Source: Mobula hypostoma (taxonomy: Eukaryota). From it: a stretch of DNA of 64,000 bases. The first letter of the stretch is position 1. Every line of letters begins with the position of its first letter. The position numbers were made by a program, and so were the translations under genes. Under the pieces are notes generated by a model. The model made no database searches, was not told where the DNA came from, and worked only from the letters and a program-made list of their open reading frames with translations. Of this stretch, positions 34,833 to 48,099 are shown one piece after another. The stretch is from positions 65,598,001-65,662,000 of the forward strand of contig NC_086097.1 of assembly GCF_963921235.1 (NCBI RefSeq), in the 5' to 3' direction.

Positions 34833-37800
34833 GTAATGATGGATTTGGCCTTGAATAATCACAGAAGGATTCCATCGATTCTTAGTTGGAATGACTTCCT
34901 TAGCACCAAAGGATGTCATTTGGAAGAGGCAATTGTATTGTCTGATGTTCTTCCTGAATTCGTTTGCAATAGGTTCATCATTGCTGTACAAATTGAGTTC
35001 ATTAGGTAGAAGCTGCAAATTGCCTATCCTGTCCTTTCCCTTCATACAGCAGAAATGTGTGGTTTCTCCAGTGACTAGGAAGGCATGACAGTGAGGACAT
35101 ACTCTGGTCATTGAACCACCATCAGCAGAAATGTGACAGCATGCGAGTCGTGCATTTTGCCTTGCTCTTTCTCTGTCGAGGTATTGTCGTCAAAAGCGGC
35201 CATTGTCGTCTTCAGCAACTCTCGCAATAATTACTCTGTGCCGCATATTCTCGAGTTGATCTTTCATTTTCTTCTGTCTCCTCCCCTCTCCTCCTCCTCT
35301 GCCTGTTTTTGTCATTCTGGAGACACGCAGCCCTTTCATCCTTCATCTCTTTATCTCTTCTACCATTTGTCCTTTCTGTCTGATCCTGGAGTCGTGCGGC
35401 CCTGGCCTTATCCGATTGTTGTTCTTCCCTCTCCTTGCCGCTTCCCGATGACGTTTGCCATCATCTCTTGACCATAATGTCCCCCTTCTCTTTTCACACG
35501 GCTATCCATATATTTTTACCCTAATGCTTGATAGGAAGCAGTAACAGCAAAGCCTCCAAGCTGCTGAGGCTGGCCGTGCTCATGCGTCGTGGTGTGGTGT
35601 TGCGTTCTCCATGGAAGGTGGAAGCGGCTCTGTGAGCATCGTAAGGCGCTGCTGAGGCTGGCCGTGCACGTGCGTTGGGCTGTGGTGTCCCGATTTCCAT
35701 GATGGCCGATCGGGTCTCGGGTGAAAGGCAGCCTGTTGATTTTTGGCAAATGAGCAATTTTATACGAATATATAACCCTGCACTTTGCCTGCATTCTGTA
35801 AGTTAGCGCATTTTAATTCGATTTAGCCAAAAAAGTGCCGCTGTAAAGCACCGTTTGCGCTAATTGGAGGTCACAGACAGAGTATGAGAGTTTTGGTAGT
35901 GTTTAGATAGTTCTGCATTATGTGCAATTTTTAATCTATCCAATATAAGTATACAGTAATTTTATTATTTTTTTCTGTATTATGTATTACATTGAACTGC
36001 TAAGTTAACAAATTTCACGTCACATGCCAGTGATAATAAACCTGATTCTGATTGCAGAGCTGGTCTAGGGAAAAATGAGCTATTTCTGTCCCTGCTTGTG
36101 TGGATATGTAAGGAAGATAAGAAAATTTGTTCATTTTGTTCCACAAAGGAAAACATGGAAATGTAAAAATAAAGAGCAACAGTAGGTCATTGGAACTTTC
36201 TCCACCATTGAATATAATCATGCCATTCTTCTGCTTAATCCAAATTCCTGCTCTCTGCACATCCTTGATGTTTTTCACAGCTAGCTATCCATCTATCTGT
36301 CTGGCACCTTTTACTGTATATTCAGTGACTTGGCATCAGCCAACTATGGAAGAGAAGCCACATGTTAATTGCCCTTAAATCAGTGTTTTAAAAAGTCCAA
36401 CCTGCCAAGCCTTGTTCAATTTTTTTTAATATAGTGGATTCTGGTTAATTTGGCCATCACTTAATCTGGGAAGCCTCTAATTTGGGACAACTCTTTCAAA
36501 AAAAAAAACTAATTTAGAAAATTGCTGGTATTCTCTTAGTTTATTTGGGACTCTTTAGGACTAAGATATAGGAGCAGAATTAGGCCATTTGGCCCATCAG
36601 CTGCTCCGCCATTTTATCATGGCTGATCCATTTTCCTCCTCAGCCGCAATATTCTACCTTCTCTTTATAACTCTTCATGCCCTGATGAATCAGGAATCTA
36701 TCCACCTCTACCTTAAATATGACTTGGCCTCCACAGCCGCCTGTAGTAATGATTTCTGCAGATTCACGACTTTCTGGCTAAAGAAATTCCTCCATATCCC
36801 TAATCTAAATGGATGTCCTTCTATTCTGAGGCTGTATCCTCTAGTCCTAGACCACCCCCACCACCACAGGAAACATCCTCTTCACATCCACTCTATTGAT
36901 GCCTTTCAACATTCGATAGGTTTCAATGAGATCACCCCTCATTCTTCTGAATTCTAGAGAATACAGGCCTACAGCCATCAAACACACTTCATATGACAAG
37001 CCATTCAACCCTGGAATAATTTTTGTGAACCTCCTTTGAACCCTGTCCAGTTTCGTACATCCTTGCTAAGAAAAGGGGCCTAGACCTACTCGCAATACTC
37101 CCAAGTGAGGCCTCGCATGCTTCATAAAGGCTCAGCATTCCATCCTTGCTTTTATATTCTAGTCCTCTTGAAATGAATGCGAACATCACATTTCCCTTCC
37201 TCACCACCAACTGAACCTGCAAATTAACCTTTAGGGAATCCCTGCATGGTCACCCAAGTCCCTTTGCACCTCAGATTTTTTTGAATTTTCTTTCCATTTA
37301 GAACAAAGCTTCCCAATCCTTTACCTTCCCACTGATTTTTTTTTGCTCTATTATATGCCCTCTCTTTGGCTTTTATGTAAGTCTCACTTCCCTTTCAGCC
37401 ATGGTTGTGTCACCTTGCCTTTAGAATATTTAGAATACTTTGTGATGTATCTGTCCTGTCTCTTCGGAATTGCTCGCAGGAACTCCAACCATTGCTGCAC
37501 TGTCATCATCCCTGTTTGTCCTCTTCCAATCAATTCTGGCCAACTCCTTTCTCGTGCCTCAGTAATTCCCTTCACTCCACTGTAATACTGATCATCTGAC
37601 TTTAGCTTCCTTTCAAGTTGCAGGGTGAATTCTGTCATATTATGATCACTGGCCCCTGAGGCTAATCGATTCTGGTTCATTGCATAATACCCAGTTCAGA
37701 ATTTCTGATCCCCTAGTGGGCTCAACCACAAACTGCTGTCAAAAGCTATCTTGTAGGCATTCTACAAATTCCTCCTCTTGGGATCCAGCACCAACTTGAT

Positions 37801-38024
37801 TTTCCCAATCTACCTGCATATTTAAATCCCCTATAACAATTGTAAAATTGCCTTTTTGACATGCGTTTTCTATCTCCTCTTGTAATTTGTAGACCATATC
37901 TTTGCTACTGTTTGGGGGTCTGTATATAACTTCTATCAGGGTCTTTATACCCTTGCAGTTTCTTAGTTTTACCTTCAGTGATTTGACACTTGCCGATCGT
38001 AAGTCTCTTTCTAAGGAGTTTTTT

Positions 38025-39163
38025 AATGATTTAAATTTTATTGAATTCTTTTACAAATTTTTCCCCGAACCCTTGAGTCAGTGTTGAAGTTATGTAAATC
38101 ATAGCTTACAAAACATAAAATTATCCATAAAATAAAAAACAAACATGGCAGAAATAAATATCAATATAATAACCATGTGTGTCTATTTAGACCTCTAATA
38201 ACAGAAAAGACTGCCATTCAGCAATATGCTTCACCAGTACATTCACCACTATTTCCCCCCCAGGAAACCTAAATACTTACCCCATTTTTGTGTATAGATG
38301 TCCAATCTATCAAACTGTTTGTAAGACGTGTTCAAAAGCTGCCACTTTGGCTGCTTCTGTGGCACACTCCTGAAATGATGGTCCCTCCAAGTCCCTCCAG
38401 CCTCTAAGTATAACTTGTCTTCCTACCGTTATACTTGTCTGGATCCAATTTTGAGAGTGTTTATCCCCAAGTAACCCAAGTGTGTCTCCCAAGACAGAAC
38501 GTTTGGGGCAGAAAGCGAGTTGAATACCTGAAACTTCACCAATATACTTATGTATCCCAATCCAAAATTCTTGAATTCTGGGACAGGACCAGAGTGCATG
38601 TACTAAGTCCCCGTTATCTACCTCACAGCACCAGTATTTAGGGGTATTTTTCAACTGTAATCTATGTAATCTTGCTGGAGTCCAATAAAAATGGTGTAGA
38701 ATCTTAAACTGAATAAGGCGCACCCTCAGGTCTCTTGACATTGTTTTGACATTTTTGCAAATTTTGTCCCACTCCTTTGTCTCAAAAGTCACACTCAGGT
38801 CTTTTTCCCATGCTGTTTTTAGACCCACCAGAAATTTGTCCCCGGAGATTTGTGTTAAAGCTGAATAATAAATTGAGACTTCGTGACCTTTACCGTGTGC
38901 AGGCAGTACAGTAGACAGTATCGTAGCAACTTGTGGGGGTTGCTCTGTAGAATCAAAAGTTGTATGTAGCAAATGACTCAGTTGAAGATAACTCCAAAAT
39001 TGTGATCTAGAGATATCGTACTGTTGGGTTAATTGATTAAAAGATTATAAACTATCACCATTATAAAGGTCTCCCAATTTAATTATACCTTTCCCTTGCC
39101 ATTCCCTCCAGAAGAAAGGGGACTTATTAATACAGAACTTCAGATTCATCCGGATACTCGAGG
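38025..39163 (-). mobile_element. 5'-truncated L1/Tx1-clade LINE
   Basis: ORF 38310-38972 (LIQFKILH..YWTP..HALWSCP..FW). Perfect 17-bp TSD tttctaaggagtttttt at 38008-38024 and 39164-39180. Confidence 0.9.
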
Positions 39164-40081
39164 TTTCTAAGGAGTTTTTTCATTTTTTTACCAACAGAGC
39201 CACCCCACCCTCTCGGCTTATCTGCCTACCCTTTCGATACTGTGTGTATCCTTGGATGTTAAGCTCCCAAATATAATCTTTCAGCCATAATTCAGTTATG
39301 CCCATAATGTCATACATGCCAATCTCTAACTGTGCTATGTTCATCTACTTCATTCCATATACTGTGTGTATTCAAAAATACCACCTTTACTCCTGTATTC
39401 ATCACCGTTTTCACTTTCGTTCACCTTTTACGTTGCAACTCAACCCATTTCCTGTAATTTTGCCCTATCTTCAGCTTGTCCTTGCTTGCAGTCTCACTCC
39501 GTATTGCCTCTTTTTGTAAACCAACTGCGCATCCTCTGCCTTTATCATGACTCTTCTCATCTCCCTGCCAAATTAGGTTAAACCCTCCTGAACAGCTCTA
39601 ACAAACCTGCCCAAAAGGATATTGGTCTTTCTCTGGTTCAGGTGTAACGCATCCCTTTTGTACAGAGTGATCCCAATGATCCAGAAATCTGAACCCCTGC
39701 CTCCTGCACCAGTTCCTCAGCCACACATTTTTTGCCAAATGTTCCTATTCTGACCCTCACTGGCACATGGCACAGGTGGCATCCCGAGATTACAACCCTG
39801 GTGGTTCTGCTTTTCAGCTTTCTCCCTGGCTCCCGAAAGTCTCACTTCAGGACCTCCTCATCTTTCCTACCTATGTCATTGGTGGCAATGTTTACCAAAG
39901 CTTCTGGCTGCTCGCCGTCTCCTTTTAGAATGTTGTGGACCTGATCCGAGACATCTCTAACCCCAGCACCTGGAAGCAACATACTATGCGAGTGATTCTG
40001 TTGCGTTCACAAAATCTTGTCTCGATTCCTTTAACTATGGAATCTCCTATCATTACAGAAGTCCTCTTCATTTCTCTTCTG

Positions 40082-40684
40082 AGCTTTAAGTTCCTCGGCA
40101 TAAACATCACCAAGGATCTCACATGGTCTGTACCTACTGGCTGTGTGGTGAAAAAGGCACAACAACTTTGAAGAAGTCTGATATGCACCCCCAAAACCTA
40201 AGAACTTTCTATAGGTGCATAATTGAGAGTATCTGATTGGATGCATCACTACCTGGTTTGGGAACTGTACTTCTCTCCATCGTAGGACTCTGCAGAGAGT
40301 GGTGCTAACAGCCCAGCGCATCTGTAGATGTGAACTTCCCACGACTCAGGACATTTACAAAGACAGGTGTGTAAAAAGGGCCAGAATTACTATTGGGGAC
40401 CCAAGTCACCCCAACCACAAACTGTTCCAGTTGCTACCATCCAGGAAACAGTACCGCAGCATAAAAGCCAGGACTAACAGGCTCCAAAACAGCTTCTTCC
40501 ATCAGGCCATCAGACTGCTTAATTCATGCTGACACAACTGTATTACTATTGTATTGACTAAACTGTTGTACATACTATTTATTATAAATTACTATAAATT
40601 GCGCATTTAGACAGATGTAACATAAGGATTTTTACTTGTGTACATGAAGGATGTAAGAAATGAAGTCTATTCAATTCAATTCAG
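40082..40684 (+). mobile_element. Rex1/Babar 3' fragment
   Basis: SFKFLGINITKDLTWS, 'GDPSHPNHKLFQLLPS' and an (attca)n tail. Confidence 0.85.
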
Positions 40685-40877
40685 TGCCAGAGACCTGAAC
40701 ACTCCCCCTGGTAGATCATACACCTCAACAGTATACTTAGTTTTGTGAGGAACGGCCAAAGGGGTACTCTGTACTGGCTGCCCATTTTCCTTCCTTCAGA
40801 CAGTTACCCAGTTACCTGCCTCCTACAACCTTGGGCTGTCTGTCTCCTTGTAGCTCCTATCTGTCACTTCAACCAAC

Positions 40878-41365
40878 ACACACACAATGCTGGAGGAACT
40901 CAGCAGATCAGACAGCATCTGTGGAAAAGAGTAAACAGTTGACGTTTTGTGCCAAGATCCTTCATCTGGACTGGAGCAAAAGAGATAGGAAGTGGGAGGA
41001 GGGAGGAAGGTAGCAGGTGATGGGTGAAACCAAGAGAGGGGAGGGCTGAAGTGGAGAGCTGGGAAATCGACTGCTGAAAGAGATGTAGGGCTGGAGAAGG
41101 GGGAATCTGATAGGATAGGAGAAATGGCCATGGAAGGAGCACCAGAAGGAGTTGATAGGTCGGTAAGGTGAGAGGGGAAATGGTGAAGGGGTTGGTCAAT
41201 TATCAGAAGTTCAAGAAATCGATGTTCATGCCATCAGTTTAAAGGCTACCTAGATAGAATACAAGGTGTTGCTCCTCCAACCAGAGTGTGGTCTCATCAC
41301 AGCAGTAGAGGAGGCCATAGACTGACATGTTGGAACGGGCATGGGAAGTAGAATTAAAATGGGTG
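40878..41365 (-). mobile_element. Older Penelope 3' fragment with degenerate hammerhead (~40937-40972)
   Basis: Reverse-complement similarity to 2700-3270. Confidence 0.8.
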
Positions 41366-42058
41366 GTCATCTATCTATCACTTCCTCCCTCTCCCATATG
41401 TGCTGAAGATCATCAGGCTGCAGCTCCATTCCATAACAGATTCTCTGAGGAGCTGCAGCTCAGAGCATCTCAGAAGATGTGGTCAAAAATTAGAAGATTT
41501 CACCACTTCAGAAAGTTAGGAACTAAGACAAATTTGGAGGTATTGAGACTCATGTTGAATGTTTCAATGAAACAGAAGATTTGGAAGATGTAATCATCAA
41601 TAGTGTTGTATGAAGGCAGTCCATTATCTACACCAGGTGTCTACATTGATTTTGTTTATTTACAAATGAACATGGCAGTGGGTACTGCATTAATTTTTCC
41701 AATAGCTGTTAGGAGCTAATGCATAGTTTTGTAGTGTTGTAGTAGTATTGAGAGTGTTCTCATGTCTTGCTTTTTCATTTAAATACATTTTTTTTTACCC
41801 AGTTAAACAGTAGTTGGTCTTTTTAAAAATATCTTTTTAACTATTTCCATGAAACCAGATTAGGACAGCTGCTTAGTTGGGCCAAGATGTACTGGTCTTG
41901 ATGTGTCCCAGTTCACTGGAATCCACTGTATTTCAATGAATTCTCATTCTTCTGAACTGTAGTGACCAAGCCAAGCCAGTCTCTTCTCATTCTTTGCGCC
42001 AGTCCTGCCATCCCAGGTAAATTCACCAGAGATTTCAGCACTATTTATGGCAAATATA

Positions 42059-42427
42059 CACCCAGTGAAAACTTTATTAGGTACCCCTTTACACATTGTT
42101 AATGCAATTACCTAATCAGCTAATCATGTGGCAGCAACTCGATGCATAAAAGCATGCAGACATGGTCAAGAAGTATAGTTGTTATTCTGATGTTTGATCT
42201 AAACAGAGAAGGTATATGATCTCAGTGACTTTGACCATGGAATGATTGGTACCAGATGGGATGGTTTGGGTATCTCAGAAACTGCTGATCTCCTGGGATT
42301 TTTCATGCATAACGATCTCTAGAGTTTACAGAGAAGTGAATGGGTTACTGCAGCAAAAGACCATGAACATACATCAGTGGCTTCTTTATTAGGTATGGGA
42401 GGTACCTAATATAAAGTGGCCACGATG
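42059..42427 (+). mobile_element. Short Tc1-derived element
   Basis: TA-flanked TIRs. Same family as 18939-22474. Confidence 0.75.
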
Positions 42428-42689
42428 TAATTTTTTTGACAAGGGCATGAAAATTGCTCTTTAATTCCAGGTGCAGTCTCACAAATACCCTGTGTGGTGA
42501 TGTTCTTGTGTTCAAACACTTTCGCAGTGATATTAGCCACATAATTGCTTGCTGCATCTGTTGTGTTGCTTTCAGTAACTACTTACAAGAACATCCAGGT
42601 CCCTTTCGTACATAAACATTTCCCAGTGTTTCGCAAATTAAATCTTATTTTTTCTGCTACAGAAGAGAATAATTTCATTACTATCAATA

Positions 42690-43302
42690 TTAGAATATAG
42701 AACACAGAAAACCTACAGCACCATACAGGCCCTTCGGCCCACAATGCTGTGCTGAACATGTACTTTAGAAATACCTAGGGTTACCCATAGCCCCCTATTT
42801 TTCTAAGCTCCATGTATCTATCCAAGAGTCTCTTAAAAGACTCTATCGTATCCACCTCCACCATCATCGTCGGCAGCACATTCCACACACTCATCACTCT
42901 CTGCGTAAAAAAAAAACATATACACACACTAAAAAGAAACTTGCTCCTGACATCCCCTCTGTACCTACTTCAAAGCACCTTAAATCTGTGCCCTCTCGTG
43001 TTAGCCATTTCAGCCTTGGGAGGGAGGAGGTGGGGGAGGGGAAAGCCTCTGACTATCCACATGATCAATGCCTTTCATCATCTTATACTACACCTCTGTC
43101 AGGTCACCTTTCATCTTCCATTGCTTCGAGGAGAAAAGGCCAATTTCACTCAACCTGTTCTCATAAGGCATGCTCCCCAATCCAGGCAACATCCCTGTAA
43201 ATCTCCTCTGCACTCTTGCTATAGTTTCCACATCCTTCCTGCAGTAAGGTGACCAGAACTGAGCAGAGTTCTCCAGGTGGAGTCTGACCAGGGTCCTATA
43301 TA
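42690..43302 (-). mobile_element. CR1 3' fragment
   Basis: 'YRTLVRLHLEN..QFWSP..VQRRFTGMLPGL' on minus, plus the tail. Confidence 0.85.
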
Positions 43303-44291
43303 CAGTGGCATACAAAAGTTTGGGCACCCCTGGTCAAAATTTCTGTTACTGTGAATAGCTAAGCGAGTAAAAAATGAACTGATTTCCAAAAGGCATAAAG
43401 TTAAAGATGACACATTTCTTTAATATTTTAATCAAGATTTTTATTTCCATCTTTTACAGTTTCAAAATAACAAAAAAAGAAAACAGCCCGAAACAAAAGT
43501 TTGGGCACCCTGCATGGCAGTACTTATTAACACCCCCTTTGACAAGTATCACAGCTTGTAAACGCTTTTTGTAGCCAACTAAGAGTCTTTCAATTCTTGT
43601 TTGGGGGATTTTCGCCCATTCTTCCTTGCAAAAGGCTTCTAGTTCTGTGAGATTCTTGGGCTGTCTTGCATGCACTGCTCTTTTGAGGTCTATCCACAGA
43701 TTCTCGATAATGTTTAGGTCAGGGGGACTGTGAAGGCCAAGGCAAAACCTTCAGCTTGTGCCTCTTGAGGTAGTCCATTGTGGATTTTGAGATGTGTTTA
43801 GCTTCATTATCCTGTTGTAGAAACCATCCTTTTTTCATCTTCAGCTTTTTTACAGACGGTGTGATGATTGCTTTAAGATTTGCTGGTATTTAATTGAATT
43901 CATTCTTCCCTCTACCAGTAAATGTTCCCCGTGCCACTGGCTGCGACACAAGCCCAAAGCATGATCGATCCACACCTGTGCTTAACAGTTGGAGAGGGGT
44001 TCTTTTCATGAAATTCTGCACCCTTTTTTTCCAAACATACCTTTGCTCATTGCAGCCAAAAAGTTCTATTCAAAAGGTTCAAAGGAACATCTAAACAAGC
44101 CTGATGCATTTTGGAAACAAGTCCTGTGGACTGATGAAGTTAAAATAGAACTTTTTGACCACAATGGCAAAGATATGTTTGGAGAAAAAGGGTGCAGAAT
44201 TTCGTGCAAAGAACCCCTCTCCAACTGTTAAGCATGGAGGTGGATTGATCATGCTTTGGGCTTGTGTTGCAGCCAGTGGCACGGGGAACAT
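43303..44291 (-). mobile_element. Truncated IR/DR-type Tc1 transposon with a fold-back inversion
   Basis: TA|cagtggc end, direct repeat aaaagtttgggcaccc at ~43314 and ~43495. Transposase 'ELEAFCKEEWAKIP' on minus and 'VLWTDEVKIELF..PTVKHGGG.IMLWAC' on plus. Confidence 0.9.
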
Positions 44292-47200
44292 GGAAGCAAT
44301 GCAGTTGCAGCAATCTTGCAAAACGTCTGCCGACACTTGGAACAATTTAGAGCTTCCAAGCCAGCTGTCAGTTACAGGCCATTTAGAAAATGGGCTTAGT
44401 TATTTTGGGGACCAGGGTGAAACTAAGATTGCATGATCCTTTTACAATCAAGTAACAGGATTATATTATTGACTTAGTTATTATCTTTGTCCTAATCTGC
44501 TGAACATTTCCAGCTCTTTCCTATTGTCAACATGTCTTGTTGTTTTTATGGGGTGCTCTTGTGTGCCTTCAGCTCATCTGAATATTAGTGCAGGGCTTTG
44601 AAACAGTTTACTTCTGACACTGGTGGGTAGCTCTAATCTTAAAATTCTTTACAAGTAGTAAAGCAAGCACTTGTTTATATTAATGCTGCCGAATTTTCAA
44701 ACTAGAGCTCCAAGATGCTAGCTCGGAAAAGTAACAGAAATATGCACTTTGAAAATTGAAGGCACTGCCCTTATTGGAAAGTTGAAATAAAAGTATGAAA
44801 CCTTGGAAACACTCAGCAGTTCTGGCAACATCTGTGGAAAGTGCAAACAAGAGTTAACGTTTCAGGTTGATGCGTACAAAGGTCAGAATGTATTAATTAA
44901 GAAGGGATCATCTAAAGCCCCTTATTGGTGTACTGAAGAATTGGTCTTGAATGAGCATACCATTACGTGTTTACTGTTGCCTCATGTAACCTTAATTCCT
45001 TTTCATAGGTAGTTAAGTCTCCCAGATATTCTACTGGTAATTCCTTTCCAATACTTCTTCTTTGGGTAATGTAAGGGTATTTCTATGTTTCTTGGATAAA
45101 ATTTTGACTTCAGCCTTGCATTTGAAAATCGTGGAGGACATCATCCAGAACACTTAATTCTGTGTTTTTCTCTTTCCACAGATGCTATTTGTTCTGTTTT
45201 GGATTGACAGTATATTCTGTTTATAATTTGCATTAGAAACTCAAGTGTTTTTGATTTCAAGGTGAATTTTTGACCAATACAAAACTCACTCTAAACCTTA
45301 GGAAATGCTAATAATGTATTCATCAAAGAAAAAGTAATCTTTGTCACTGTTTTGTCTTGGGCACTTCTGAAATGAAATCAAAATGTGAACAATTTTCATA
45401 ACTGAAAGAGAAGACCTTTTGGCTAAGCATCTTAAAAAAAATGCCAACGATCTCATTTAAAACATGACATTTCTTTTTTAATTAATTAATACTTGGAAAT
45501 CTAAAATAAAACAAAATTCCATGATTTCTTCTTTTAATCCTTATTTAGAAAATAAGCATTTCTTTTGTTTAGGCTTCAGGTATTGAATGTGCCTGATTAC
45601 CTCTCCTGCACATGCTTCATATTTCACATTTAAGTGTTTGAAGTGCAAGTGGTTGAGTAAGCCCTGAAGCTCAGCCGTTTATATGTGACATAGACCGCTG
45701 TCAGAACAGATTCTGGCCACAATAGAATTTCTGGAGTGCTGTCATTTTCTCTGACAATGTCAAACTTTTTTTGTTTTTGAAAATTAATTTGGTTGTTTCT
45801 GCTAAGTACTATGGGTGCTGGATATTACAATGACGATATTTGGTTCTTCAACTTGTTTCTTGGCATTCAGATTAGTATTGCATCCTTAGCAAATGCCTTG
45901 TATAAAAATCCCTAATCATTGTAATGGCAATGACTTCTGACAGTAAAGAGCAGCACCAGCAGTATCTGAGAAGATGCTGTGAACCAGGGCAGGGCTAAAG
46001 CTAGAGCAATACACTCAAAATGCTGAAGGAACTCAGCAGGCTAGGCAGCATCTATGTAAAAGAGTAAACAGTCGAAATTTCGGTGCTGAGTCAGGCTTCC
46101 TCCAGCATTTTGTGTATATTGCGTTGGATTTTTTTGCATCTGCAGATTTTCTCATGTTTGAGGGGTAAAGCTAGCATTATTTGAAGAACAGATTATGAAC
46201 AGGCAAAAGTAGTTGATTTTTGTTAAAGGAATATGAAGTCAGGCAAAGTAAATTTATTATCAAAGTAGATATACATCATCCTGTACAACCCTGTGATTCA
46301 TTTTCTTACAGGCATACTCAGTAAATCCAAGAACCATATTGAATCAGTGAAAAGACCACACCCAACTAGATGGACAAGCAACCAATGTGCAAAAGAATGC
46401 GCAAATGCAAAACAATATAATTAAGCAATAATTATCGAGAATATGAGGTGGAAGAGTCCATAGGTTTTGGACTTCAGTTGATAGTGTCCATTGGGGTGGG
46501 GGTGGGTAAAGATTAGAGAGAGTATAATGGAATCGAGGAAAATTGGCCTTCACTTAGAAATTTTTCTGGCTGGAAATGAAAAAACCATCATGAGTTACCA
46601 TCATGAATTTTCATCATGAAGGAAAATTCAGGAGAAGGGTCATTGCCAAGGTTTGATCACTCTGGTTCAGTGTTTATATCGCTGAATTCTGTTATTTGAC
46701 AGTAGGAAATGCTATGTAATTTTTATCATTCAATTTTGTGTTTATTCAAGATTTCTTCAGTCCCTTATGTTTCAGTTATCTGGGATCTTTTTTCTCTAGA
46801 CATGATGTAAACAAAAACAGTCCTTTGATTATTCATTGCTCCAACTGCTTTTCTGGATCTTAACATTTATTTCAATTGTAAATCAAGCACTTAGCAACTG
46901 AAAATTGGGGAGAGAAAGATGGGTAATGTATTGCTGGAAAGCTGTTGGTTACATTCTAGCAAATCTTTAATTATCATTTATCTAATTTTTGTGTGACTTT
47001 GCATTTGACTATTTGATTTTGGGAAATGGGCAGTAAATGAGAGCTTTGAAGTTCAAACTTAAACTTTGAAGAAGTCTTTCAGTTTATTTTCAACATTGTT
47101 ATTAAACTATCATCTTTCCTGCTTGCTGCCTCAAAAAAACTTGAAATTATTTTCATTACTTAGTTCTTCAAAAAAAGCTTTAAACACTATTGCATTAGAA

Positions 47201-47399
47201 TTTGGTTGTTTATTGCCTTGTAATTCAGTACTTTCTGATGATTTGTCATAGTTAAGTAATCTTTAACAGTTGGAGAACTAAATAAATTTACAAGAGGATT
47301 CACATAATCAAATTATATCAGACCTCAAGGTGGAGCTCTCTACCAGAGCACATGTCATATGCTGCTTAACAAGTTTGTTTTATACACATTTTTGAAGAT

Positions 47400-47662
47400 T
47401 TTATTTAGAGGTACAGTGCAGAATAGGCCCATCTAGCCTTGCCACTCAGCAACCTCTGCCAACCTTGATTTAACCCTAATCTGATCACTGGCCAATTAGC
47501 CTGCCCGTATGTCTTTGGACTGTGGGAGGACACTGGAGGAAAGCTCATGCATTCCACAGGGAGGACATACTGAGACTCCTTACAATACTGGAATTGAATT
47601 TCAAACTCCAGTGCCCTGAGCTCTAATAGTGTTGTGCTAACCACTATGTTACATTGGCACCC
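47400..47662 (-). mobile_element. V-SINE
   Basis: gtctttggactgtgggagga is the reverse complement of the V-domain. Confidence 0.75.
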
Positions 47663-48099
47663 ATTTTACTGTAAAATGTTTTCAATTTCAGAATTGTGAA
47701 TACATAACCATGTTTTGCTCTTTTATTCTTTAATTGTACAGTAGGATTCAATAATTACTGAATCTCTACAAATAGATTTTTTTTAATTCGGTGACTGCCC
47801 TGAATTTTTATTCAAGTTTCTGATTTTTAGATCAGTAGGATATATTAATTTACCTTTTTTCAATATTTATTCTGCGTATTTAGTTAGCTGTAACTTCTGT
47901 GGTTTGGAATATATTGAAGATAAAAATATACATCAAAATGATAATGAGCAAAAGTAGGTTAAAATATATCTTCAAGTTTTCATCTATTTGGGTGTTATGT
48001 TTATCATGAAGATTTTTGCTCTTATTTCTTTTGATATAATTTGTGATGTCTGGGGTATTCTCATCAACAAATGCTTAGTTGTTGATACGCCAGACAACA

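Larger units (their letters stand above)
32804..35907 (-). mobile_element. Internally deleted Helitron with intact termini
   Basis: On minus: A|TC 5' end at 35907, and a GC hairpin followed by CTAG|T at 32804. RepHel N-terminus CPHCHA..GE..CC.KGK, FRKNIRQYN.LFQMTSFG, QGQIHH. Confidence 0.9.
31036..36052 (+). mobile_element. Rex1/Babar LINE hosting a solo LTR and a Helitron
   Basis: SAFNTIIP and YKFADDTT motifs. The RT resumes at 32216 after the LTR and the tail resumes at 35908 after the Helitron. Confidence 0.85.
36560..40860 (-). mobile_element. CR1 LINE with internal deletion, hosting L1 and Rex1
   Basis: 3' end, then a jump at ~37310 to the EN linker, the endonuclease and the ORF1 esterase (VMIGDSIVKG..IVCC). 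Confidence 0.85.
36432..41928. mobile_element. Tigger/pogo-like non-autonomous element split by ~4.9 kb of nested insertions
   Basis: TA|tagtggattctggttaatt at left matches agttcactggaatccactg|TA at right. Confidence 0.65.
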
